A DNA stretch of 40,000 nucleotides from Mariniphaga sp. (GCA_041687255.1 JAWLCL010000005.1:291896-331895), one strand, 5' to 3'. Positions 19,036 to 26,529 are shown, counted from the first letter of the stretch. Notes: generated by a model not told the origin, from the sequence alone. Translations and numbers: made by a program.

Positions 19036-19947
19036 TTATTTTTTAAACTGCACCGATACTTTGTTGAATAAAGCAAAAAACAACAAGCGGTAAATGGTTT
19101 TATTGTACTTTAACTTCCAAAGCATTTGCAGCAGGAATGAGATTCGATCCTGTTTTTTAACAAGCGACTCATTATTATTTAACGCATCAATTGCAGCCAA
19201 ATCGTCATCGGTTAATAAAAAATCGAACACATCGATGTTCTCAATAATTCGTTTAGAATTGTTTGATTTTGGAATGGTAACTACATCTTTTTGATAAATC
19301 CACCTTAATACAATTTGCGCCGGTGTTCTTTGATATTTACGCGCAATCTTTTTGATAAGCGGTAATTGAATGGCCTTGCCTGTCATGAGCGGACTCCATG
19401 CAACCGTTTGAATGCCTTTATCCCTGCAATAGGTATGCAATTCGGAAGACCAGTGAAGCGGATGAAACTCAACCTGGTTCACAGCCGGAACAATTTTGCT
19501 GTTCGACAGCAGATATTCAAGGTGATGAACTTTAAAATTACTTACACCAATGGCGCGTATTAATCCCTGCTCATACAATTCCTCCATTGCTTCCCAGGTC
19601 TCAAGGGATTTTTTTCCCCGGGGCCAGTGAATAAGATACAGGTCGAGGTAATCGGTTTGCAAATCTTTCAACGTTTGATAAAAGGCTTCTTTTGTTGATT
19701 GGTACCCCTGCTGATCGTTTCCGACTTTTGATGTAATAAATATCTGATCTCTTGGCAAACCGCTCAATTTAATTCCCCGGCCAACACCTGCTTCATTATG
19801 ATACTCATAAGCAGTGTCAATCATCCTGTAACCGTTTTTAATTGCATTTACAACTGCTTTCTCAACCGGGCCGTTTTCCTGTAAACGAAAAACACCGAAT
19901 CCTGTCCGGGGCATTTCAACTCCATTGTTTAATTTAACAGTTATCAT
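19036..19947 (-). CDS. Aldo/keto reductase (2,5-diketo-D-gluconate reductase-like)
   Basis: Typical AKR sequence (GYRMIDTAYEYHNEAGVG, LDLYLIHWP, NQVEFHP, IPKS). The last roughly 40 aa (LVKKQDRISFLLQMLWKLKYNK...) look like a non-homologous extension. Confidence 0.88.
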   Translation of the reverse strand: MITVKLNNGVEMPRTGFGVFRLQENGPVEKAVVNAIKNGYRMIDTAYEYHNEAGVGRGIKLSGLPRDQIFITSKVGNDQQGYQSTKEAFYQTLKDLQTDYLDLYLIHWPRGKKSLETWEAMEELYEQGLIRAIGVSNFKVHHLEYLLSNSKIVPAVNQVEFHPLHWSSELHTYCRDKGIQTVAWSPLMTGKAIQLPLIKKIARKYQRTPAQIVLRWIYQKDVVTIPKSNNSKRIIENIDVFDFLLTDDDLAAIDALNNNESLVKKQDRISFLLQMLWKLKYNKTIYRLLFFALFNKVSVQFKK

Positions 19948-20203
19948 TGAAAGAAAAAAAATTAAATATTATCATGTTACAGGGCATCAACAGATGCTTC
20001 TGTTTATAACTTAAATAACATAACATTGCTCTCTTCTTCTGATTCCGAAAGGCGATTAATAAATAACCCGATGACCATCTTTTACTATCACCCGGCTAAA
20101 ACTATTTCCACACAAATAAAAGGAATCTCCCTACTCCACAACTGGTAAAATGTGAACAATAAAATGCTCAGAGTGTTCAACCGCTATTATTGCAGCTCCC
20201 CTT

Positions 20204-20494
20204 TTACAGCATTTGTGGTGCAACAAATATGCTGTTGCTCAGCTCCGCAGCACCCGCATTGCGGAAGGCAATCCATACATCAGGCAATGCCTCATCCGGC
20301 AAGGGTTTCGACAGCTTTCACAAGCAATGGCCTGCTGAACGTTTCACCCCTGAAAACTGACAGTCTGCAACGGAGGCATCGTTAAAGCGGGAAATTACCA
20401 CCAGGGTATCGTCTGAAGCTTTGCCGGCAGCTTCCTCCCCATTTTTCCACCAAACCAGCACTCCTTCAGGGTGAGCCTCCGGGGTTGCGTTCAT
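20204..20494 (-). pseudogene. Possible frameshifted C-terminal gene remnant at the left island junction
   Basis: Three consecutive protein-like minus-strand segments in different frames: MNATPEAHPEGVLVWWKNGEEAAGKASDDTLVVISRFNDASVADCQFSG, then ETFSRPLLVKAVETLAG, then DEALPDVWIAFRNAGAAELSNSIFVAPQML*. The frame is closed by a stop at 20525. No family assignment is possible by eye. Confidence 0.3.
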
Positions 20495-20851
20495 GTTCTT
20501 TGCCCCCTGCTCTCTTTTAAACCCTCAATCTTCACCTTATAAATTCCAAAAACCCGGAAATCGAAATTCTGAACTTTGAATTTTGAACAGTTATTTCTTT
20601 TACAATATTGCCACGACACTTTAAAAAACTGTTCAACACCTGCAGCCGCTGTCGCTGAGCCGGCTGCGCCGGCGATTAACTGTCGTAGTACTTTGCCGGT
20701 TTAATCCGTCTAAAAATCTTGCCGTTCATCCTATAAAACACCAGCGTTTGCATCATTTCATCACTGACTTCCGGCAATTTATCAATTTATGCCATAATGT
20801 ACTGTATTTTTCCCAATCAAATATAACATAAATTTAAATCAATTTCATACA

Positions 20852-20879
20852 AAAGCCAGATCAAAGCCAGATCAAAGCC
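20852..20879. repeat. Tandem 11-mer (AAAGCCAGATC x2.5)
   Basis: Read directly: AAAGCCAGATC AAAGCCAGATC AAAGCC. Confidence 0.8.
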
Positions 20880-21054
20880 TAATTAAATTCGCGATTATTC
20901 GAATTTGGTACGATGAAGGTACGGTGATTGATTAATAAAAATAAAGGTTCAAACAAACTTTTTGTCGGGTGGAACAGATGGAATTATTGGACATATGCTT
21001 GTTCAGCAATAAAGGTTCTTTATCCTTACTCCAGGTCCTCGTCATCCACGCTTT

Positions 21055-21101
21055 TTGCTCTCTGCTCTCTGCTTTTCGCCCCATGCCCTCTGCCCCTCCC
21101 C
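21055..21101 (+). repeat. CT-rich short repeat module (copy 2), just upstream of the recombinase start
   Basis: Aligns with 7308-7344. It lies inside the implausible N-terminal extension of ORF 20928. Confidence 0.45.
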
Positions 21102-21167
21102 TTGTTTTTGAACAAAATATTTTTTAATTTTATTTGTCAATTCATAAAATCATTACTATTGCCTTCA

Positions 21168-22289
21168 TTGCCGAACATAATACTTAAAAGGGGTAAACGA
21201 AAAGGAGCCCCGGTTGTGCAGATAGAGTTTCCATACAACAAGCAGCTGATTGATGTAATCAGGCAAAAAACCAACGCCGCCTGGAGTGCTAATTTAGGCT
21301 GTTGGTACATTCCGGAAAGCAATTTTAACCTGGGAAATTTTTTCACTGCGCTTAAAGATGTGGCTTATATTGATTACAGGGAATTGCAAAAAGAGGGACA
21401 AGAGCAGATAGAGGATAGGCCGGAAAAAGAAAAAGCACATATAAAATTGCCTGCCGGATATCTTGAACGACTGGAGCAGGAACGTTACAGTGAAAGTACA
21501 ATAAAGACTTACACACATTATTTCAGAGATTTCATTTCAGCATTTTCGGAAAAAGATTTACAGTACATTACAAAGGAGGAAATCAATGCGTATATACTAA
21601 AACTTATTCAGGAGAAAGATATATCATCTTCCCAGCAAAATCAGCGCATTAATGCCATCAAGTTTTATTACGAAAAAGTACTTAACCGGAAGAAAGAATA
21701 CTACCAGATTGATCGTCCACGAAAAGAAAGGAGGCTTCCGGATGTACTTAGCAAGGAAGATATTGGCAGGATGATAAAAGCAACCGCAAACCTCAAGCAC
21801 AAATGCCTGATTTCAATTATTTATTCGTGTGGCTTACGACGGAGTGAAGCAGTAAACCTGCGATTGAAAGATATTGATTCCAAACGCATGCTTATAAAAA
21901 TAAGGGGTGCAAAGGGGAAGAAGGACAGATATGTTCCTTTATCGGGAGTGTTATTGGAATTACTGCGCAATTATTACCGGAAGGAGAAACCATCGAACTG
22001 GCTGTTTGAAGGCCTGGGAGGAATGCAATACAGTACCACCAGCATCTATAATGTAGTTAAGAATACAGCACGAAAAGCCGGCATAAAAAAGCGCATCTAT
22101 CCTCATATTTTGAGGCACAGTTTTGCCACCCATCATCTGGAACAGGGAACCGATCTTCGTTTTATCCAGGCTTTTTTAGGTCATGAAAGTTCAAAAACGA
22201 CTGAAATTTACACACATGTATCCAACAAGGAATTATTGAAATTTAAGAATCCGCTTGATGAAATTTTTGACTCCGATGAAAAACATTAA
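21168..22289 (+). CDS. Tyrosine recombinase, Xer-like catalytic core with an extra N-terminal domain; candidate cassette-array recombinase (not a canonical IntI)
   Basis: Catalytic residues are present in GLRRSE, GAKGKKDR, HILRHSFATH and LGHESSKTTEIYTH. The SAM-like core-binding domain includes YSESTIKTYTHYFRDFISAF. The start is uncertain: there is no in-frame ATG, so I chose TTG 21168 (MPNIILKRGKRKGAPVVQIEFPY); TTG 21159 is an alternative. The first 80 codons of ORF 20928 are low-complexity repeat sequence. Confidence 0.85.
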   Translation: MPNIILKRGKRKGAPVVQIEFPYNKQLIDVIRQKTNAAWSANLGCWYIPESNFNLGNFFTALKDVAYIDYRELQKEGQEQIEDRPEKEKAHIKLPAGYLERLEQERYSESTIKTYTHYFRDFISAFSEKDLQYITKEEINAYILKLIQEKDISSSQQNQRINAIKFYYEKVLNRKKEYYQIDRPRKERRLPDVLSKEDIGRMIKATANLKHKCLISIIYSCGLRRSEAVNLRLKDIDSKRMLIKIRGAKGKKDRYVPLSGVLLELLRNYYRKEKPSNWLFEGLGGMQYSTTSIYNVVKNTARKAGIKKRIYPHILRHSFATHHLEQGTDLRFIQAFLGHESSKTTEIYTHVSNKELLKFKNPLDEIFDSDEKH

Positions 22290-22381
22290 CATATTCCATT
22301 AATTTAGCGGTGTATATTCAATAGGATTAAGAAGACATATGAGATATAAATTCAATAATAGAACATACACAAACGTTATAG
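22290..22381 (+). promoter_or_regulatory. attI-like region and first recombination junction (GTTATAG at 22375-22381)
   Basis: GTTATAGCAAA at 22375 is the reverse complement of CTTGCTATAAC (23112-23122), the AAC box closing cassette 1 (10 of 11 match). ATTCAATA occurs as a direct repeat at 22316 and 22350. Confidence 0.5.
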
Positions 22382-22405
22382 CAAATTTTGAAAAAAACCA
22401 AAAAC

Positions 22406-23107
22406 ATGAAAGTTAAAACCATTTATTTCATCCTGACAATTTTATTTATAGCTGGATGTGCCGAGAAAACTCAATTAAATACAGATGAAATTAGGAGTGT
22501 TTTCTCTGGGACTTTTTATACAGAAAATGTTTCTTCAATAGATACGGATGACGGCAAACAGAAGAAAATCCGACTTGTTTTTGAAAATGAAAATCTATAC
22601 AACCACTACTTAGTGAGCAGACCTGCAATTGCAAATTTTTGTGCGATTTCTTTTCTTAAAAACAATCCATCTATTTTCAAATCCAATGACTTAGTAGAGG
22701 TAGAAATAAAAAAAGAGAACAATGTGGTTTCTGACAGTATTTTTACAATGAGTTATGATTCAGCAAAAATTGCATCTCAAATTGACGACTTCAATTACAG
22801 AGAAAAGAAACTTAAATCGTTTTTCGATTATGTACAAAGTCAGGAATATGACTCAATAAAATCTATGACTGGAGACCTTTTCAAAAGTGACTCAACATTG
22901 CATGAATACGTTTTGGAAATAGAAAAAGAAATGCCAGACAGTATCAATAGAATTATGGCAATCGGAATTAGAACTTTAATAAATATTCACGACAAAGAAT
23001 TAGAGGAAATTACAATGTTAACTCAATCAAAAAGTGAATATGCATTATTCAATTTTAAGACTATGAATGAAAATGATAAATTCAAAATAGTTGGAATAAA
23101 ATATTAA
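22406..23107 (+). CDS. Cassette 1: lipoprotein of unknown function
   Basis: MKVKTIYFILTILFIAGC is a lipobox signal. 233 aa with no recognisable domain. Confidence 0.75.
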   Translation: MKVKTIYFILTILFIAGCAEKTQLNTDEIRSVFSGTFYTENVSSIDTDDGKQKKIRLVFENENLYNHYLVSRPAIANFCAISFLKNNPSIFKSNDLVEVEIKKENNVVSDSIFTMSYDSAKIASQIDDFNYREKKLKSFFDYVQSQEYDSIKSMTGDLFKSDSTLHEYVLEIEKEMPDSINRIMAIGIRTLINIHDKELEEITMLTQSKSEYALFNFKTMNENDKFKIVGIKY

Positions 23108-23111
23108 AAAA

Positions 23112-23248
23112 CTTGCTATAACACGGTACATATTGCAGGGCGGGGTTCGGTGGTACGCCAACTGCGGATTCTCGTTTCACAGTTCCGTGTCCTTCGGACA
23201 GGAACGCTCTCCGAAATCCGCCCCGACAACATGTACCAACCGTTATGG
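23112..23248 (+). repeat. attC-like site 1
   Basis: R''-like CTATAAC (23116-23122) and R'-like GTTATGG (23242-23248). Arms GGTACAT / ATGTACC and GCGGATT / AATCCGC pair. Unpaired spacers are asymmetric (AC versus AACC). The central hairpin GTTCC-G-TGTC / GACAGGAAC has one bulged G. Confidence 0.7.
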
Positions 23249-23304
23249 GGCATAATGAAAAACAAGGAGCTTCCACAAAAATGATAGTAAAATAATTTGA
23301 ATTT

Positions 23305-23326
23305 GTTATCTTTGGAGATAACTTTG
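23305..23326 (+). promoter_or_regulatory. Perfect palindrome (putative TA operator) overlapping a TAnnTTTG promoter-like motif
   Basis: GTTATCT ttgg AGATAAC (23305-23322). TAACTTTG (23319-23326) lies 4 nt before the toxin ATG. Confidence 0.4.
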
Positions 23327-23330
23327 CAAA

Positions 23331-23675
23331 ATGAGCAGACAAATCATATTTCACGGAGAATACTTTATTGACTTTTACAAGGAACTTGATGTTGGCGTTA
23401 AATCAAAAATTAAATATGTCTTTGAATTGATAAGGCAAGTTGAAATGGTCCCTAAAAAGTTTTTAGCTCCAATGACTGGTTACGAGGGACTCTTTGAAAT
23501 AAGAGTTGAATATCAGTCAAACATTTATAGGGTTTTCTGCTGCTTTGACGAAGGAAAACTTGTTGTTCTTTTCAACGGCTTTCAAAAGAAAACACAAAAG
23601 ACACCCAAGAAGGAAATAGAAAAGGCAATGAGATTAAAAGAAGATTATTTTAAACAGAAAAAATTGAAATCATGA
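23331..23675 (+). CDS. Cassette 2: RelE/ParE-superfamily toxin (HigB / phage Gp49-like)
   Basis: 114 aa. LFEIRVEYQSNIYRVFCCFDEGKLVVLFNGFQKKTQKTPKKEIEKA is typical of this family. A 4-nt ATGA overlap links it to the downstream HTH gene. Confidence 0.85.
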   Translation: MSRQIIFHGEYFIDFYKELDVGVKSKIKYVFELIRQVEMVPKKFLAPMTGYEGLFEIRVEYQSNIYRVFCCFDEGKLVVLFNGFQKKTQKTPKKEIEKAMRLKEDYFKQKKLKS

Positions 23676-23971
23676 CAGATTATAGTGGAATCAGGACTTT
23701 TGATGAATTACTTGAACGTGAACACGGGAAAATTGGAACTGAAAGCAGAAATGAATTTGAAGAAAAAGCTCAAATGTTTATCGTGAGTGAAATGTTAAAA
23801 GAAGCTCGCAAAGAGGCAAAATTGACTCAACAACAATTGGCAGAAAAGGCTGGTACAAAAAAAAGCTACATTTCGAAAATAGAAAATGCAAAGGGAAATA
23901 TCCAGCTTTCGACATTAATCCGAATTTTTGAGACTGGATTAAACCGAAAAATCGGATTGACTTTTTTGTAA
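23672..23971 (+). CDS. Cassette 2: XRE-family HTH antitoxin (HigA-like)
   Basis: 99 aa with the HTH LTQQQLAEKAGTKKSYISKIENAKGNIQLSTL. Confidence 0.85.
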   Translation: MTDYSGIRTFDELLEREHGKIGTESRNEFEEKAQMFIVSEMLKEARKEAKLTQQQLAEKAGTKKSYISKIENAKGNIQLSTLIRIFETGLNRKIGLTFL

Positions 23972-23987
23972 TGAAAAATAAATTACA

Positions 23988-24123
23988 GCCCCATAACATT
24001 GTGCAAATTACATAACTGGGACAGCAAATCCCCGGACGTCCGGTTCCCGCATGGATTTACCTGCCTCTAAGGGCAGGGAACCATCCAGGAAACCGGTACG
24101 CAACTTGCACCTGACCGTTGTGC
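23988..24123 (+). repeat. attC-like site 2
   Basis: GCCCCATAAC (23988-23997) and GTTGTGC (24117-24123). Arms GTGCAA / TTGCAC and GGTTCCC / GGGAACC pair. Central hairpin CCTGCC tctaa GGGCAGG. The sequence is unrelated to site 1 but the architecture is the same. Confidence 0.7.
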
Positions 24124-24176
24124 CGCATGCAGATAATTTCTTTAAAAAACTACTTGTTTGATATACTAATAACATA

Positions 24177-24184
24177 TACCTTTG
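24177..24184 (+). promoter_or_regulatory. TAnnTTTG promoter-like motif inside cassette 3
   Basis: TACCTTTG lies 20 nt upstream of the antitoxin ATG (24205). Confidence 0.3.
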
Positions 24185-24204
24185 TGATATAAAATTTATT
24201 TATC

Positions 24205-24435
24205 ATGAAAACAGTATCCTTAAAAATAGATGATTCCATATTCGGAGAGACTGAAAAAATTCTTTCAACGGTTAAAAAACCAAGAAACAGATATATAAAT
24301 GAAGCTATTGATTACTATAATAAGCTTCAACAACGAATGATTCTGGAGAAAAAAATGATAAAAGAATCTAACTTGGTGAAAAAAGAGTCAATGTCTGTTT
24401 TAAAAGATTTTGAGGAGATAGATTATGTCGATTAA
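24205..24435 (+). CDS. Cassette 3: small antitoxin (ribbon-helix-helix-like, tentative)
   Basis: 76 aa. N-terminal MKTVSLKIDDSIF is beta-strand-like. An 11-nt overlap links it to the downstream MazF gene. Confidence 0.7.
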   Translation: MKTVSLKIDDSIFGETEKILSTVKKPRNRYINEAIDYYNKLQQRMILEKKMIKESNLVKKESMSVLKDFEEIDYVD

Positions 24436-24769
24436 ACAATATGAAATTTGGATTGCTGATTTGAATCCTCAAATTGGGACTGAGGCTGGTAAAACAAGAC
24501 CAGTTTTAGTACTTCAGACAAATCTGTTAAACAAGATACCACATCCATCTACAATTATTTGCCCTATAACAACTAATGTGAAATTGGATGCTGAAATTTT
24601 ACGTGTACACTTAAAAAAAGGCACCAGCAACCTGATGCAAGATTGTGATATAATGATTGACCAAATCCGGACAATTGATAATAAAAGGTTGATTAGAAAA
24701 ATTGGTGATTTACCGGGTGATTTAATTAATGTAGTTAAAGAAAATATTAAAATAGTTATCGATTTATAA
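24425..24769 (+). CDS. Cassette 3: MazF/PemK-family toxin
   Basis: YEIWIADLNPQIGTEAGKTRPVLVLQTN ... ICPITTN ... IDQIRTIDNKRL is typical PemK/MazF. Confidence 0.88.
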   Translation: MSIKQYEIWIADLNPQIGTEAGKTRPVLVLQTNLLNKIPHPSTIICPITTNVKLDAEILRVHLKKGTSNLMQDCDIMIDQIRTIDNKRLIRKIGDLPGDLINVVKENIKIVIDL

Positions 24770-24777
24770 AAAGCACG

Positions 24778-24909
24778 CCGGCACAACATGCGTAAAAAAC
24801 ATTGCGCGTTAAGTGCTAATTAGAACTTCATTACATTTAATCATTGAACTAGCATCTTGAAAATTAAAGCATTGAAAAGCGCAAAGTTTCTTACCGCTGA
24901 CCGTTAATG
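24778..24909 (+). repeat. attC-like site 3
   Basis: CCGGCACAAC (24778-24787) and GTTAATG (24903-24909). The left arm AACATGCGTAAAAAACATTGCGC pairs with the right arm GCGCAAAGTTTCTTACCGCTGACCGTT. Confidence 0.65.
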
Positions 24910-24976
24910 CAAATTTTTCATCACATAGTTGTCCTTTAGTGAAACTTATTCTATCTTTATATCGTGAAAAACCAAT

Positions 24977-25307
24977 ATGAAATTTAGGACTGCAATATTC
25001 TACAAAGACTATTTTGAGAAATTTTTTCTCAAGCAATCTGAAAAAACCAAAGCGAAAATAATCTGGACTATTCAATTGAAGAACTTGAACGGGTACCAGA
25101 GATTTATTTAAAGCATATTGAGTCAACAGATGGTCTTTATGAAATTCGCATTAAACAAAGCGGTGATATTTTTAGGATCTTTTGTTTTTTTGACCAGGGA
25201 AAGCTGATAATAATAGTAAATGGATTTCAAAAGAAAACGCAAAAGACACCTAAAAGGAGATAGAAAAAGCACTTAAAATTATGGAGGAATATAAAAATGA
25301 AAAGTAA
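24977..25307 (+). pseudogene. Cassette 4: decayed RelE/HigB-like toxin (at least 2 frameshifts), paralog of 23331-23675
   Basis: MKFRTAIFYKDYFEKFFLKQSEKTKAKIIWTIQL, then a frame change to EELERVPEIYLKHIESTDGLYEIRIKQSGDIFRIFCFFDQGKLIIIVNGFQKKTQKTPK, then a second frame change to IEKALKIMEEYKNEK*. ORF 24809..25126 (-) is antisense noise. Confidence 0.8.
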
Positions 25308-25596
25308 TAACAAAATGACTCTAAATGAATTTAAAGATAAACATTATGGAGTTAAAGGAACTCAGAAACGGGATGAATTAGAAAATGGATATGAAGACTT
25401 TAAACTTGGTGCCTTATTGTATCAGGCTCGTATTGAAAAAGGGATGACACAGTCAGAACTGGCAGAAAAAGTGGGTACTACAAAATCTTATATTTCCAAA
25501 ATTGAAAATAACGTTAAAGAAGTAAGGCTTTCAACATTGCAGAAAATAGTTCAATTGGGTTTGGGTGGTAAACTTGATTTATCGATAAAACTATAA
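25297..25596 (+). CDS. Cassette 4: intact XRE-family HTH antitoxin (orphaned)
   Basis: 99 aa. MTQSELAEKVGTTKSYISKIENNVKEVRLSTL is a paralog of 23672-23971. Confidence 0.85.
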   Translation: MKSNNKMTLNEFKDKHYGVKGTQKRDELENGYEDFKLGALLYQARIEKGMTQSELAEKVGTTKSYISKIENNVKEVRLSTLQKIVQLGLGGKLDLSIKL

Positions 25597-25597
25597 A

Positions 25598-25729
25598 CTT
25601 GCATTAACAGTGCAAATTTCATAGCGGTGCCGGTGCCGATTTCAGCAGCGGATTCTCGCATCAAAGTTTAATCTTGAAGGAAAAGAACGCTCCGCAGTCC
25701 GCTACGAAATTTAGCACCAGCCGTTATGG
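25598..25729 (+). repeat. attC-like site 4
   Basis: CTTGCATTAAC (25598-25608) and GTTATGG (25723-25729). GTGCAAATTTCATAGCGG pairs with CCGCTACGAAATTTAGCAC. It shares the central core (GCGGATTCTCGCATC ... GAACGCTCC) with sites 1 and 5. Confidence 0.7.
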
Positions 25730-25746
25730 GCAAAACTAAAACAGAG

Positions 25747-26388
25747 ATGAATAAACTAATTTTAATACTTACAACAATCTTAATTATCGCTAATTCATGT
25801 GTTGGGCAAAATGACTTAGATTCAAAGCAAATTGGAAAATACTTTGACAAAAAAGAAAAAAAAGAATTGGTGAAAATTATTTCGTTTGTTGACAGTTTGG
25901 TACTATCAAAAACTGAATTAAAAGAAATTGATAAAGCCTACCATCAATATTTTGACTTACTTCACGAAAATGCAGCTAATGGTGATTTGGACTGGGCTTT
26001 TGACGAAGAAATGAAATATAATTTTCTATTCAATATTGACTCGACAGTATTCAATAAAATATGGTTTAAATCAACGACTTCGAGAATTGTAAAAACGAGA
26101 GATACGACCTTGTATAATCCTGAAGATTTTATCTCCATTGACTTAAATAATAAAGGAGACTTTGTAAAACTTATATATGACCTTGGAAAAAATAACGAGT
26201 ATTATAAGGACTTTTACGGCGCAATTGAAATTTCGGGAGGTTTGTCTCCTACCATTGTTGCAGGATTTTTATATAACCACAAAAACTTTGATTTTAATAA
26301 TAGTAACGACCGACTTTGGGCAGCGGTATTTTTACTGACACTTGAGGAATCTGTGGAAAAGAAAGTAAAACGATATTTAAATGAATAA
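25747..26388 (+). CDS. Cassette 5: lipoprotein of unknown function
   Basis: MNKLILILTTILIIANSC is a lipobox signal. 213 aa with no recognisable domain. ORF-track start 25726 lies inside the attC GTT box. Confidence 0.7.
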   Translation: MNKLILILTTILIIANSCVGQNDLDSKQIGKYFDKKEKKELVKIISFVDSLVLSKTELKEIDKAYHQYFDLLHENAANGDLDWAFDEEMKYNFLFNIDSTVFNKIWFKSTTSRIVKTRDTTLYNPEDFISIDLNNKGDFVKLIYDLGKNNEYYKDFYGAIEISGGLSPTIVAGFLYNHKNFDFNNSNDRLWAAVFLLTLEESVEKKVKRYLNE

Positions 26389-26394
26389 AGTTCA

Positions 26395-26529
26395 GCCCAT
26401 AACAATGTACTTATTACAGGGCGTGTTTGGTGGTTCGCCAACTGCGGATTCTCGCATCGCAGGTCAGTCCTAGCGGACATGAACGCTCTCCTAAATCCGC
26501 CCCGAAAATTTAACACCTGAACGTTACAG
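26395..26529 (+). repeat. attC-like site 5 (apparent chimera)
   Basis: GCCCATAAC (26395-26403) and GTTACAG (26523-26529). The left arm resembles site 1 and the right arm resembles site 4. The arms are poorly complementary to each other. Confidence 0.6.

Noticed and set aside
19036-19160. C-terminal roughly 40-aa extension of the aldo/keto reductase as evidence of a gene fusion
   Set aside because: It could simply be a divergent tail or a late frameshift. This cannot be judged without an alignment, so it is noted only in the feature evidence.
20152-20385. 77-aa plus-strand ORF
   Set aside because: It is Cys- and Gln-rich and implausible. The opposite strand carries the more protein-like, though frameshifted, remnant.
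20928-21167. N-terminal 80 codons of the 453-aa recombinase ORF (TTG start at 20928)
   Set aside because: This stretch translates a CT-rich repeat module and AT-rich promoter-like DNA (SSSSTLFALCSLLFAPCPLPLPLF). Homolog-style N-termini begin around IILKRG, so the start was moved to TTG 21168.
21168-22289. Calling the recombinase a canonical integron integrase (IntI)
   Set aside because: The interval between the KGKKDR and HILRH motifs is only 58 residues and lacks the IntI-specific insertion as I remember it. The gene is co-oriented with the cassettes. It is therefore kept as Xer-like pending a proper profile search.
23082-23354. Minus-strand 90-aa ORF, and the similar 26214..26540 ORF, sharing a GGFRRAF peptide
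   Set aside because: Both run through attC-like sites 1 and 5. The shared peptide comes from the conserved attC core (GAACGCTCTCC.AAATCCGCC), not from a gene.
24809-25126. Minus-strand 105-aa ORF
   Set aside because: It is antisense to a clearly recognisable, frameshifted RelE/HigB-like toxin gene on the + strand.
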